Made by a program: the position numbers and the translations under genes
Part shown: one piece after another, positions 12,911-25,468 of the stretch
How the letters are laid out: each line of letters opens with the position of its first letter
Position numbering within the stretch: position 1 is the first letter of the stretch
Assembly (NCBI RefSeq): GCF_006345805.1
Contig: NC_043001.1
Coordinates: forward strand, 79,794,001-79,858,000
From: Octopus sinensis
Taxonomy: Eukaryota
Length of the DNA stretch: 64,000 bases
Reading direction: 5' to 3'
The notes under the pieces: generated by a model
Database searches by the model: none
Told to the model about the DNA's origin: nothing
Seen by the model: the letters and a program-made list of their open reading frames with translations, nothing else

Positions 12911-14169
12911 CTGCATGTGAATAATTATGTAACCAGAAAAACTGACGCGGACTGATTTAGACATTACCTGGTATAGATATTACCTAACATAGACTGGTAG
13001 ATATTGCCTGAATCAGGCTCAAGAGAAATAAAGTTTATAAAACATGCAAAAACTAATGCTATCAACACTGTGAATCTACGTGGTAGCTCTATTCACAAAA
13101 TACGGTTCTGTCCTTTATGACCAACACATGATATTACAAATTAACTGGATGAGTTTTATGACGGTACGTGTCTTTACCTATTCTTTCAGACCCATTGGCC
13201 GAACAGCTAAGTTACAAGGACGGAAACAAACCAATTCTGATTATGAAGCGGAGGGGGTATAAACATAAAAAAACACATGCAAACATAAACACATAAGCAC
13301 ACACATATACACACACACATACAAACACATATACGTATATATGCGATAAGATTCAACACATTTTCCGTCCCTTAAATTTACTTGTAAGGTATTATTCGCT
13401 CGATGTCGCGCGTTATGGAAATGAAACCAAAATTATTTGGTTGCATAGCGAACTTATTAACTACACAATAACACACGTGCATATTTCAGGAATAGAATTC
13501 TTTAATTACTTTTCATTCTTTTTTTTTCTTTTTTTTTTTTTTAAATGCCATTTTACATGCTGAAAACATTATGTGTTTCTTCAAATCAATAGTTGAATCA
13601 TTATTTATCTATGGCTCTTCAGCATGTGTGTGTGCCGCCCGGGGCGGCCCTTCAGTTTACCGATCCCGACTTCTACAAAGAATTCATATTACCTAAAGCA
13701 GAACCAAAGGTGATGCTTCCTCAATAATAGTGCCGCCCGGGGCGGACCATCCCCTCTACATCCCTCTAGCAACGCTAGTGATGAACAGGAGATTTGCAAA
13801 GTAGCTTGACGGTACATATGTAAGAAATACTTCGTACATTTCTAGACATTTCTTAGGAGATATATCCTACAAAGTAAAAATTGTATGGCAGTCTTCTTAC
13901 TATCACCTTGATAATCATTAATAGCACATTCATGCAGGACTTTACCGAAGAAGCAAGAATAAAATAACCAGTGATCTTCCTTGGAGACCCGCTCATGGAT
14001 ATATAAGTCGGTAGACTAAGAAGAGCATATACCAATCAACTTGTGGAACACACTAGACCTCGGGTCAAGGATTATAGTATATCTATGGAAGATCAAAACA
14101 GGATCTTCCATTTTCGTATTCATCGTCATTACTCAAAATATTTCTTTCTCATTTAGAACTCATCATCAA

Positions 14170-15616
14170 TTTGACCGGTAAACATTGTGGCTTTGTTGTT
14201 AAAGCGTAATATGGAAACGACCGATCTGTAATAGCGACGCAGTGAGCGTTCTGTAGACACTTTGCATATGTACCAGCCCGGGACACGATTTTTCTTTGGA
14301 TTTCTAACCATCAAACAACTGAATCACATTGAAAAGAAAATTTTCTGATAGATCTCGGATTGTTAGAACTCCAGAAAATGTGGCATCAGTGACAGCATCT
14401 GTTCAAGAATCGTCAAAGCTAAGCATAGCAATGTTTGTTCCTTCTCGAGCCACGTCTGGCTCATAGAGCCGGTTTCCCGGTTTCGTTTTGGCGTATAGGT
14501 TCCCCCACCTGGACGGGACGCCGGTCCTTCGCAGGTGGGAAGAGTGAGAGAAAGTTGTGGCGAAAGAGTCAGCAGAAGTTCGCATTACCTTCTGCCGGAG
14601 CCGTGTGGAGCTTAGGTGTTTCGCTCATAAACATACACATCGCTCGGTATGAGATTCGAACCCGCGACCCCTCGACCGCGAGTCTGCTGCTCAAACCACT
14701 AGGCCATGTGGCTCCATGGACTAAGAATAGCATAGCATTAGGAATATCTAGCCGAATTTTGAGGAGGATTCTGGATGCTGATTTGAAACTGCATTCTTAC
14801 AAAATAATGTTAGTTTAAGAATTAACCAAGACAGATCATAACAATCGTAAAGCCCTATGTGCGGATATTCTTGCACAAGTTTCCGCTACAACTGTTCTTC
14901 TGAGTACGAATGAGGCTCACTTCTATGACAATGGAAACGGCAACAAGCAAAATTTTCGTTACTAAGCTGAACATAATCCTCATTAACTCCACAAAAGACC
15001 GCTTCATTCTCTTCGTGTAACTGTTTGCTGTGCTGTGCCGATTTTGGAGTCATCGATCCGTACTGTTTTGAAGAAGGTGATGAAACAGCAACGATTACCA
15101 ACATTGAAATTCTGGAGAACCTTTTGTACCCTAAACTGACAGGTTGGATACCAAACATCTATGTTTTCAACAGGACCGAGCCGCGGTTCACACAGCACGA
15201 CATTTGTTTGGAGTGATGAGGGAAATTTTTCTTGAGCATTTGACTTCTTTGAGAGGAGACGTGGGTTGCTGGCAAGGTCACCAGATTTAAGCCCTTGTGA
15301 ATTTTTTCCGTTGGGGATACCTAAAGGGAAAAGTTTTCCGACGTCACCCTCGGGCTCTTGAGGATTTGAAAGAAAGGATTCGTGAGAAAATCAACCCCTT
15401 GATATGACACGGAGAGTCATGAAAAATGTTTGGGAACGATTGCATTAATGAATTGCCAAACAATAGTCGCCATTTGCCTAATATAGTTTTTAAAACCCAG
15501 TAAAACAAATTGTTTTTTATGCATTCTTCAGAAACATAATACATTTTTTCCTGGATGGTTGTGTTCTCTTTTTATATTTATTCACAATGTGGAAGATCTG
15601 TATATCCCACTCTGTA
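14170..15616 (+). mobile_element. Decayed Tc1/mariner-superfamily transposon, rosa (DD41D)-like, interrupted by a SINE
   Basis: Broken frames give an N-terminus KHCGFVVKA.YGNDRSVIATQ.AF.RHF...RTPENV, then LKLHSYKIMLV, EAHFYDNGNGNKQNFRY, RPLHSLRVTV and RSPDLSPCEFF..GYLKGKV. The 3' end cactctgta+TA at ~15608-15616 matches the CACCCTGTA terminus class. Confidence 0.8.
14431..14720 (-). mobile_element. tRNA-derived SINE (MetaSINE-like core) with 12-bp target-site duplication
   Basis: Minus-strand head gtggcctagtgg-like box A and gggttcgaatc box B, core gcgtcccgtccagg...gaaaccgggaaaccggc. Flanks ctaagcatagca (14419-30) and ctaagaatagca (14721-32) differ by 1 mismatch. Confidence 0.75.
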
Positions 15617-15644
15617 TATATACAGAGAGAGAGACACAGAGAGA

Positions 15645-15677
<33 letters not shown>

Positions 15678-15691
15678 TGTATGTATGTATG

Positions 15692-15722
<31 letters not shown>

Positions 15723-15936
15723 GTAGGTAGGTAGGTAGGTAGGTAGGTATGCATGCATTGATAGATAGCTAAACAGACAAACAGACAGACGGGCAAGCAG
15801 GCAAATAGATAGACAAACAAATTGATATGTATGTATGTATGTATGTAGGTAGGTAGGTACGTACGTACGTATGTACGTACGTATGCACGTATGTACGTAG
15901 GTAGGTAGGCAGGTAGACAGATAGATAGATCGATAA

Positions 15937-16022
<86 letters not shown>
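15645..16022. repeat. Compound tetranucleotide microsatellite (TATG)(TAGG)(CAGA)(TAGA)
   Basis: Direct reading. Confidence 0.95.
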
Positions 16023-17225
16023 GGTCATACTTGTTCAAGCTGAAGACTCCGTTTGATTGACACTTTGAGATGAGCAGAGATATAGAGCATTTGGTTATTA
16101 ATGAAAAACCAGAAAGTCATATGAGGAAATATCGGCATGAATTTGATTCTCAGCATGCCTGCAAAATACAATAATGATGCAGAGCTTGGCGGTAAAGATT
16201 TGTTCTATGCAGAACTACTAATTTGATTTTCTTGGTCTTCAACACCTCCGCATGAAAACCTGATTGGTTACCGAACAGTTACTCAGCACTGAGAGGATTA
16301 CTGGCCAGGAAATCGTTCATAGCTGAACTATCACTTAGAACTAAGCAGCGTTTCGCTGGAAAACGATGCAGTTCTGATAATTTCCTCACAGAACAACAGC
16401 AAACTTCGAAATATTTCAACGCCGATATTTTATATAGTACTAAACTAGGAATACTTACATTTAAGTGCTGAATAGTTTGTCTTTCTAAAATGTATATGCT
16501 GGAACATCTTACTTGTTAATAACTGCTCCTTTGATACTTCAAGCTCAACATTCATTTCAGTTATACTACTAAGTTGCAGAACCTTTCGAAAGCTTTGGCC
16601 TCCGACTTACTTCCTTATAGCGTGTGAATAAACAGGTAGATTTCACTTCATATATTTGTTCGTGGGGGAATGTGGTGTTATGTATATCATATTTTTATTT
16701 GTGGTTATTAAAAATTTAAACAAGATAAAATAAATAGGTTTTCGTTACAAATTACAGGACTTGTTTCTGTGCAGTGATAACTGTTGTACGTTGCTGAATT
16801 TTCAGACTTATACAGTTACATAAATATTTTATAAATATAAATAATTACCCACATGAATATAATCCAGCACCAGCAGCTGTGTACAGGTACTTTATCATGT
16901 AGGTTGATTTTAAAGCACTGTATGCAGAAAATAGGAATATAGAAAAATATGTAATGGGTATTTAAGAATATTTTCCCCATTACCTATTTATTCTGACTTT
17001 GATCGCAGTGTTTACATAAACGTATTCGCATGCGATAGTTCGTATCTTCATGTGCTGGCTCTGAATTCTATAGAAACAAAAATGTAGTGATAAATATTTA
17101 AATGGTTAGATATATAAAAACACCATTATTATCTATCTAACGTCATTAGTGCCTCTACACAGTGTATAAAATATGTGAGGCGACGTTTTCTATGCATATA
17201 TAAATATAAATATATATATACTTTC

Positions 17226-17289
<64 letters not shown>

Positions 17290-17488
17290 GTATATATGCT
17301 TACGTACATACGTATATACATGCATACATATATACATTCATGCATACATACATATATACATAGATATATGCAAGCATGCATACATACATTCATGCATACA
17401 TGGATGCGTACATACATACATACTTACATACATATATACAAGCACACATACATACATACATGCATACATACATACATACATACATACA

Positions 17489-17522
<34 letters not shown>

Positions 17523-17563
17523 CATATAGACATACATGCATACATACATTCAATCACTCATCG

Positions 17564-17960
17564 AAATCACGTGATCGAGATGGCGGGATTTCATCTCCTC
17601 GCTAGCGATATAAACAAGGGTGCATTTTGCATCAAAGTCACTATGGCTGCTTTTCTGACGCTGACTGCTGTAGTATCGTTTATTCTAACAAAGCATCCAC
17701 GTTTAAATGGGGTTAAATGTCTCCACATGGTATTCATACTACTTCTGACGCTAGTATATATTTTTATCAAGCAAAATGGCAAATCGCAAAGACAGCACCT
17801 GTTCTGGCGCTGCTATTCAATACATTGCAGGTGTAGAGATGAGTCGCTTCTATCTCTAGCCAAGTTCAAAATCACGTGACCTGGTGGTCTTGGCTCTGAA
17901 GATGGCAGGGATATATCTCCCCGCAAGCTATATAAACAACTGCATTTTGCATCAAAAGCC
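17564..17960. repeat. Diverged direct repeat, ~305-bp period
   Basis: aaatcacgtga...gatggc.gggat...tataaacaa...tgcattttgcatcaaa begins at 17564 and again at 17869. Confidence 0.7.
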
Positions 17961-18000
17961 AATATAAGAGTGTCTCTCATGGTATCTACTATAGTATAGT

Positions 18001-18236
18001 ATAAGGCGTCGAGATGGCAGAATCGTTAGCGCGCTAGACGAAATGAATTAGCGGTAGTTCGTCTGCCGCTACGTTCTGAGTTCAAATTCCGCCGAGGTCG
18101 ACTTTGACTTTCATCCTTTCGGGGTCGATAAATTAAGTACCAGTTACGCACCGGGGTCGATGTAATCGACTTAATCCCTTTGACTGTTCTTGTTTGTCCT
18201 CTCTGTGTTTAGCCCCTTGTGAGTAGTAAAGAAATA
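18001..18236 (+). mobile_element. tRNA-derived SINE family B with 20-bp target-site duplication
   Basis: aaggcg...gaatcgttagc...gagttcaaattccgccgaggtcgac...aaagaaata. ggtatctactatagtatagt occurs at both 17981-18000 and 18237-18256. Confidence 0.9.
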
Positions 18237-19109
18237 GGTATCTACTATAGTATAGTTTGTCTTAACAGAATATTCACGTGTAAGTGGTGATAAATACATA
18301 CAGAAATACATACAGAAATACATACATACGTATACACTTACATATGTATGTGTGTATAGAAAAAAGTGACGATGATTGTAATATTTGAACTGGTAGATAG
18401 CACTCAAAACCAGATTCAAGTACAAATAGAGTTGTTTGAAATGTGCAAAGAAAGAATAACGCTATTAACACTATGGATCTATGAGGTAACTCTATTAACT
18501 AGGTGCATCTATCTATTAACCACGAATCAAACGAATTACTGATTTGCAGTTCACATCGATACGTTTGTAAACTATGCTAATATGCATCTCTATCTAAAAA
18601 TTAGAAGCTCTCTTCTACAAATTTTTCCACAACTATTCAATTTTATTCTCTAATTCTATCTTGGTTTTACTCATATACCATGTGCATAAAGTTATTTAAT
18701 ATGGGCGGTTTATTACTTTTTTTTTTTTTCATTTCTATCTATTATTATTTTATTTTTTTCCTATTCCCATTTCTTTATTGAGGAACGGGGTTGTAAGTTA
18801 ACAGAAACGCTACAGCATTAGAACGAATGTATTGCAGTATACGGTTTCGTCATTCGAGATTCTGTGTCCTGACCCCGACTCGAAGTTGTTCTTTCATCTT
18901 CCTAGGATCGATAACTGAAAAAAATAAAAAAGAAAAAAATATGAGTTAGCAGCAATATAGAGTAGTCTATTCAATCGGCAGAACCACCTATCTTGTTAAA
19001 GTGGGCCTTCAGCCAAGTCAAACCAAGCGAGGCCAAAATCTATATATTATTGTTCACCATGTAAATATATTTTATCTCCTCATTTTGTATTTTAGGATAA
19101 TAGTGTAAA

Positions 19110-19920
<811 letters not shown>

Positions 19921-20235
19921 ACAAACAGAGACATAAATATTGATACATATAGTTGCAAGAATTTTATCCAAATTTACATTCTAGTTTAAAAGTTTAAAAG
20001 AGTGGTAATCAACAACTGAACAAAGAATACATGCTTTCAAACAAACAATGGGTGAGTGGTTATAACCATATCCTAGAAGGTCTGCTAAAATATTACACAC
20101 CACAAACAATTTTTCACATTTGCTAAAATACTCACGAACAACGAAAGGCATTTATATGTGCCTTTGAGCAAGGAAGTAAATATATATATATATATACGTA
20201 GATATAGATATAGCTAGCTAGCTAGTTTGATAGAC

Positions 20236-20336
<101 letters not shown>

Positions 20337-20643
20337 TTGCTTATCTATGATGCATATTTTAGTAGAAACATGTTTCTGTATACGTGTATGAGTATGTGTG
20401 TGTACGGATATATATATATATATTAGTATATGTGCGTATACGTATCTAAAAGCATACAGTCAGTTTACTAATGATAGTTTTATATCTCTGTTTCTATTTA
20501 GTTGCCTCGAAATCAACCCACACAATTTCTAACCTTCTTCATCTCCTCCTTACTTCTTCCTCATGCTCTCTGCCTCTCTGTATATTTCAATCTGTCTCTG
20601 TTTCTGCCTCTGTCTCTCTCCCTCTCTCACTCTCGGTATACGC

Positions 20644-20717
<74 letters not shown>

Positions 20718-20799
20718 CTTATTTATTTATTTATATAGATACATGTATAATAATATACATATATATATATATATATATAATATATATATATTATATATA

Positions 20800-20907
<108 letters not shown>

Positions 20908-21107
20908 CTGGATGTGTGTGTGTATATCAACAGAAATTATGCATACTTATGTCGTTCTATATGTATTATATATTTATATGTTCTTTTTCCTTCCTTTTTC
21001 ATCCTGATATATAAACACACACACATTCATATACATATTATATGATTCTGTTTGTGTAAATGTATATACACATTTATGTATAACAGTGTTCACACAGATA
21101 CACAGAT

Positions 21108-21145
<38 letters not shown>

Positions 21146-21910
21146 ATGCATACAACAACAACAACTACAAACTCCAACACAAACATGTGCATATAACATA
21201 AACTTATTACTCAGTCCACTTCTGAAAAGAACATTTCGTTGCATCAGTAGCCATGAAAGAAAATTTAGAACTATTTACCATTTCGCTAAAAGCATCAAAG
21301 GACATCAGTCAACGATAGAATGGCGAGAGTAAAGAAAAACAAGAACAACAACAAGGTCAACAACAACAAATGCAACCATAAGCAATCATACAAATAAACA
21401 TATAAACTGTAAACTACATAAAACAATAACAGAAACTAACAACATTCTCTAATACCTAACAACAGAGCAAGCAGAGAAATGGTGTGCTAATACTGGAGTA
21501 TATTAGGTTTCGACATCTTTTTTTAAAATTATTTCTGTTTGTTATTACTCTTATTATTATTATCATTATTATCATTATTAAAGTTCCTGTGGTTGTTGAT
21601 GATGATGAATATGAGAAGGAAGAGGATGTTTTGTGTGTGTGCTATGCTTATTTCTTTGGCTAAATGTTATTATTTTTTTCTTTCTTTGTTTCCCTGTATT
21701 GTTTTGCTTTTTGTTGTTTTGTTTTTGTGTATTGTATGTGTGTGTGTGTGTTGTTAGTGATTTTTTTGTTTACTCTTCCTACTTTGTTCGTTGCACCCCA
21801 CCCACTACACGTCAGTCTCAATGATCTTTGTAATTACTTTCGGTAAGAAAAATAAAATAAAAAAATCTAAGAGATATCACTCATGTATGAAATATATATA
21901 TATTATATAT

Positions 21911-21942
<32 letters not shown>

Positions 21943-21943
21943 G

Positions 21944-22028
<85 letters not shown>

Positions 22029-22134
22029 TGACAAAAGTAGATACACATACACATATATATATTTCTAGAAATGTAAATATACACAAATATATATACATAA
22101 AAAAGTAAATATACACACGTACATACATATATAT

Positions 22135-22174
<40 letters not shown>

Positions 22175-22232
22175 GTGTGTGTGTGTGTGGTGTGTGTGTA
22201 TATATGTATATACATGTATATATTCACATAAG

Positions 22233-22292
<60 letters not shown>

Positions 22293-22313
22293 CACATATA
22301 TATGTTATACACA

Positions 22314-22347
<34 letters not shown>

Positions 22348-22466
22348 CTGAATTTAAATTCCACCGCAGTTGACCTTCCTTCTCATCCTTTCGATGTTGA
22401 TAAAATAAACACCAGTTGAATACTGCAGTTGATGTAATTGACTTCCTCCTCCCCCATAATTTCGGG

Positions 22467-22970
22467 CCCAATATACCCATCATGACTACCCGTCTAATAA
22501 GGGTACACTAGGCACATGCATCACAACCATATCTGCACGACATGGTGATCTCATATCAAGATAAATAGCACATGACCTTGCAACTGGAGCCCAGTTAGAA
22601 TTTTCTTCTAGTCGAGTAACTCATCCCGCTCAAAAGATCCCTCAATAAGGGTTTTTTTAAGGATGTTGAACGAAACACCCGTGTTTCCAGAGGGGAAATA
22701 TTAAAACCCCAAATAATCCCTATCAACACATGGTTATGATGCTCCCCCACTACTTCTGCTCGTGATCAGAGATGCACATATCGTCATCCACTAAGGGACA
22801 TGCTCAACTGGTTAAGGTCAAACAACTGCAAGCAAATCTGTGGTATTGAGCAGAATATTTGCTGTAGCCCATCATTTATACCAAGACAAAACAATGTACT
22901 TGATAACACTACCAATCAGTTAAGATCAGAAGCCACGAGGGCCACTGCCTGGTACTGCATCGGGGCATTT
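22467..22970 (-). mobile_element. Non-coding interspersed element associated with (TAA)n (3'-clipped copy)
   Basis: Reverse complement of 35299-35850 (aaatgccc.gatgcagtacca...gtagtcatgatgggtata). Its head abuts the (TAT)n tract at 22970. Confidence 0.8.
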
Positions 22971-23084
22971 ATTATTATGATTATTGTTATTATTATCATT
23001 ATTATTATTATTATCATTATTTTATTATTATTATTATTATTATATTATTATTATTATTATTATTATTATATTATATTATTTATT

Positions 23085-25410
23085 ATTCAGTAGTTTTATT
23101 TTTATAGCGGGCTTTCACTTCACTACCGAGCACAGCTCTGTGTGCCTTGGGTATGTGCTGTGATTTGTTGTGATGCTCTGATGGTTATTGTATGGAAAGT
23201 GTTCTGCGTAGGATGTGTGCAGTGCCTATTAGTGCAATTTTCTGTATGTTATATGTGTTTGTAAGTCCTGCTGTTTTTGTTATGTATTTGTCTGAATATT
23301 TTTTTATCATGCCTAATGCACCTACTATGATAGGAATTGTTTCTGTTTTCACATTCCACATTCTAGTTACCTCTATTTCCAGGTCTTTGTATTTTTAGAG
23401 TTTCTCCATTTCTTTTAGAGACACGTTGTCATCAGCCGGTATTGATACATCAATTAGAAAGCATTTTTTTTCTTCATGATCTCTGACAACTATATCTGGT
23501 CTGTTGGCCTTAATTTCTCTATCTGTGTGTATCGGCATATCCCAGAGTATGGTTGCTTTCTCGTTTTCTGTGACCTTTTCTGGTGTGTGCCTATACCATC
23601 TTTTTTCTGTTGTTATTCCATAATGTTGGCATAGCTTCCAATGTATGTAGGTTCCAACTCTGTCATGTCTGTGAATATATTCCTTCTTAGCCAAGACTGG
23701 ACAGCTAGAGATAATATGATTTATTGTTTCTTGTCCATCACCACATATTCTGCAGTTACTTGTAATATTTCTTTTCATTACATGTTTTTGGTAATTTCTG
23801 GTAGTGAGGCTTTGGTCTTGTGCTGCAATTAAAAATCCCTCTGTTTCTGCTTTGAGTCCTGAGCTTCTCAACCATTGCTGGGATTTTTCTTTGTCTATTT
23901 CTTTTGCGTTTAGTTTAGTGCAGTATTTACCATGAAGGGGCTTTTCTTGCCATCGTTTTATCATGGTTCGTTGCTGTTCTATTTTTAGTTTGGATTTCAT
24001 TTGTTTTATAGCTTTGGTTGTTTCTTCATCTTCTTCTTCTTCTTCATGTTTATTAGGTGGTATGATTTCTTGTTTGTATTTGTCAGCTTCCTTAAATACT
24101 GAGAACAGTTTTTTGTTTTGCTCGTGTTTTGCCGCTATCTGGATCAGTTTTCCTTCCTTCTGAAGTAGATATTATGCAGTTCTATGGTGGTTATTTTGTA
24201 GTGGTTTTCCAGCTGTATAAGGCCTCTACCACCTTCTATACGTTGTATATATAGTCTTTCTATGTCAGATTTTGGGTGATGCATCCTAGATCCTGTCAGT
24301 ATTTTTCTTGTTTTCCTATCTATTTTGGTCAGTTCATTTCGTGTCCAGTTAAGGATATTGTAGCTGTAACTTATAACTGGGACAGCTAAAGTGTTGATAC
24401 CTATTATCTTGTTTTTAGCATTGAGCTCTGTGTTTAGTATTGATCTAACTCGTCTATAATATTCTTTTTTTTATTTTCTCTTCATTTGTGTGTGTTGTGT
24501 CTTATCTAGTTCATGGATTCCTAAGTATTTGTAAGTTTGGCTTTGGTCTAATTCTTTTATTTCATTGGTTTTATCTAGTGTGATGTTGTTACTCTTAACT
24601 AGTTTTCCTCTTTTCATGGTTACTTTGGCGCATTTTTCTAATCCAAATTTCATATCTATTTCTTTGGTAAATCCATGAACTGTCTTTAATAGTGTTTCCA
24701 GCTGTTTGTCATTTGCAGCGTATAGTTTTAGTTCATCCATATATAAAAGGTGGCTGATCGTTTTGCCGTAACATTTATATCCGCATCCAGTTCTATTTAG
24801 CATATCAGATAGAGGTGACAGTGCCAAGCAGAAAAGGAGTGGAGAGAGCGTGTCTCCCTGGAATATTCCTCTTCTAATGGGGATGTCTTTGGTTTTCATG
24901 AGTCCCTCTTTTGTTTGGAGGTGTAGGACTGTTTGCCATTTATTCATAGAGTGCTCTATGAATTTTATGATTGTTGGTGCTACTTTGTTTCGAGGATCCA
25001 TGTGTGGGGGATGCTATCAAACGCCTTTTTGTAGTTAATCCAGGCCGTACTGAGGCCTTTCTTCTTTCTGTGGCTGTCTTCAGTTATGGCTTTATTAATC
25101 ATTAGTTGATCTTTACATCCATATGAGCCTTTGTGGCATCCTTTCTGCTCTTCTGGGAACAGTTTGTTTTCGTCCAGGTGCTTGTTCAGCCTTTGCGATA
25201 TCACTGCAGTAAATGCCTTGAACATAGTAGGGAGGCAGGTTATTGGTCTGTAGTTTTCTGGTTTTGTTGTTTCAATTGATTTGGGAATTAAGATGGTTTT
25301 CCCCTTCGTGAGCCATTCAGGCATTGTCTCTGGCTCTGCTAGTACTTTGTTAAAGTTTTCAGCCAGCTTTTTGTGCATTCCTGTTAGCTATTTCAACCAG
25401 AAGTTGGGGA
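23085..25410 (-). mobile_element. 5'-truncated Dong/R4-clade LINE (RT + CCHC + restriction-like endonuclease) in a (TAA)n tract
   Basis: ORF pieces 24980-25378 (PENYRPITCLPT, EEQKGC, GCKDQL), 24471-25001 (RRGIFQGDTLSPLLF, LLYMDELKLY) and 23395-24000 (CRICGDGQETINHIISSC, RHDRV, NRPDIVV..LIDVSIP..KEMEK). (TAT)n lies on both sides on the plus strand. Confidence 0.92.
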
Positions 25411-25434
25411 TCTTATTATTATTATTATTATTAT

Positions 25435-25468
<34 letters not shown>

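Noticed and set aside
17900-17945. CTGAAGA-T-GGCAGGGA...CTCCCCGC in the 305-bp direct repeat as a sixth HHR family
   Set aside because: No GAAA box and no stem I complement. It may be a relic but is not demonstrable.
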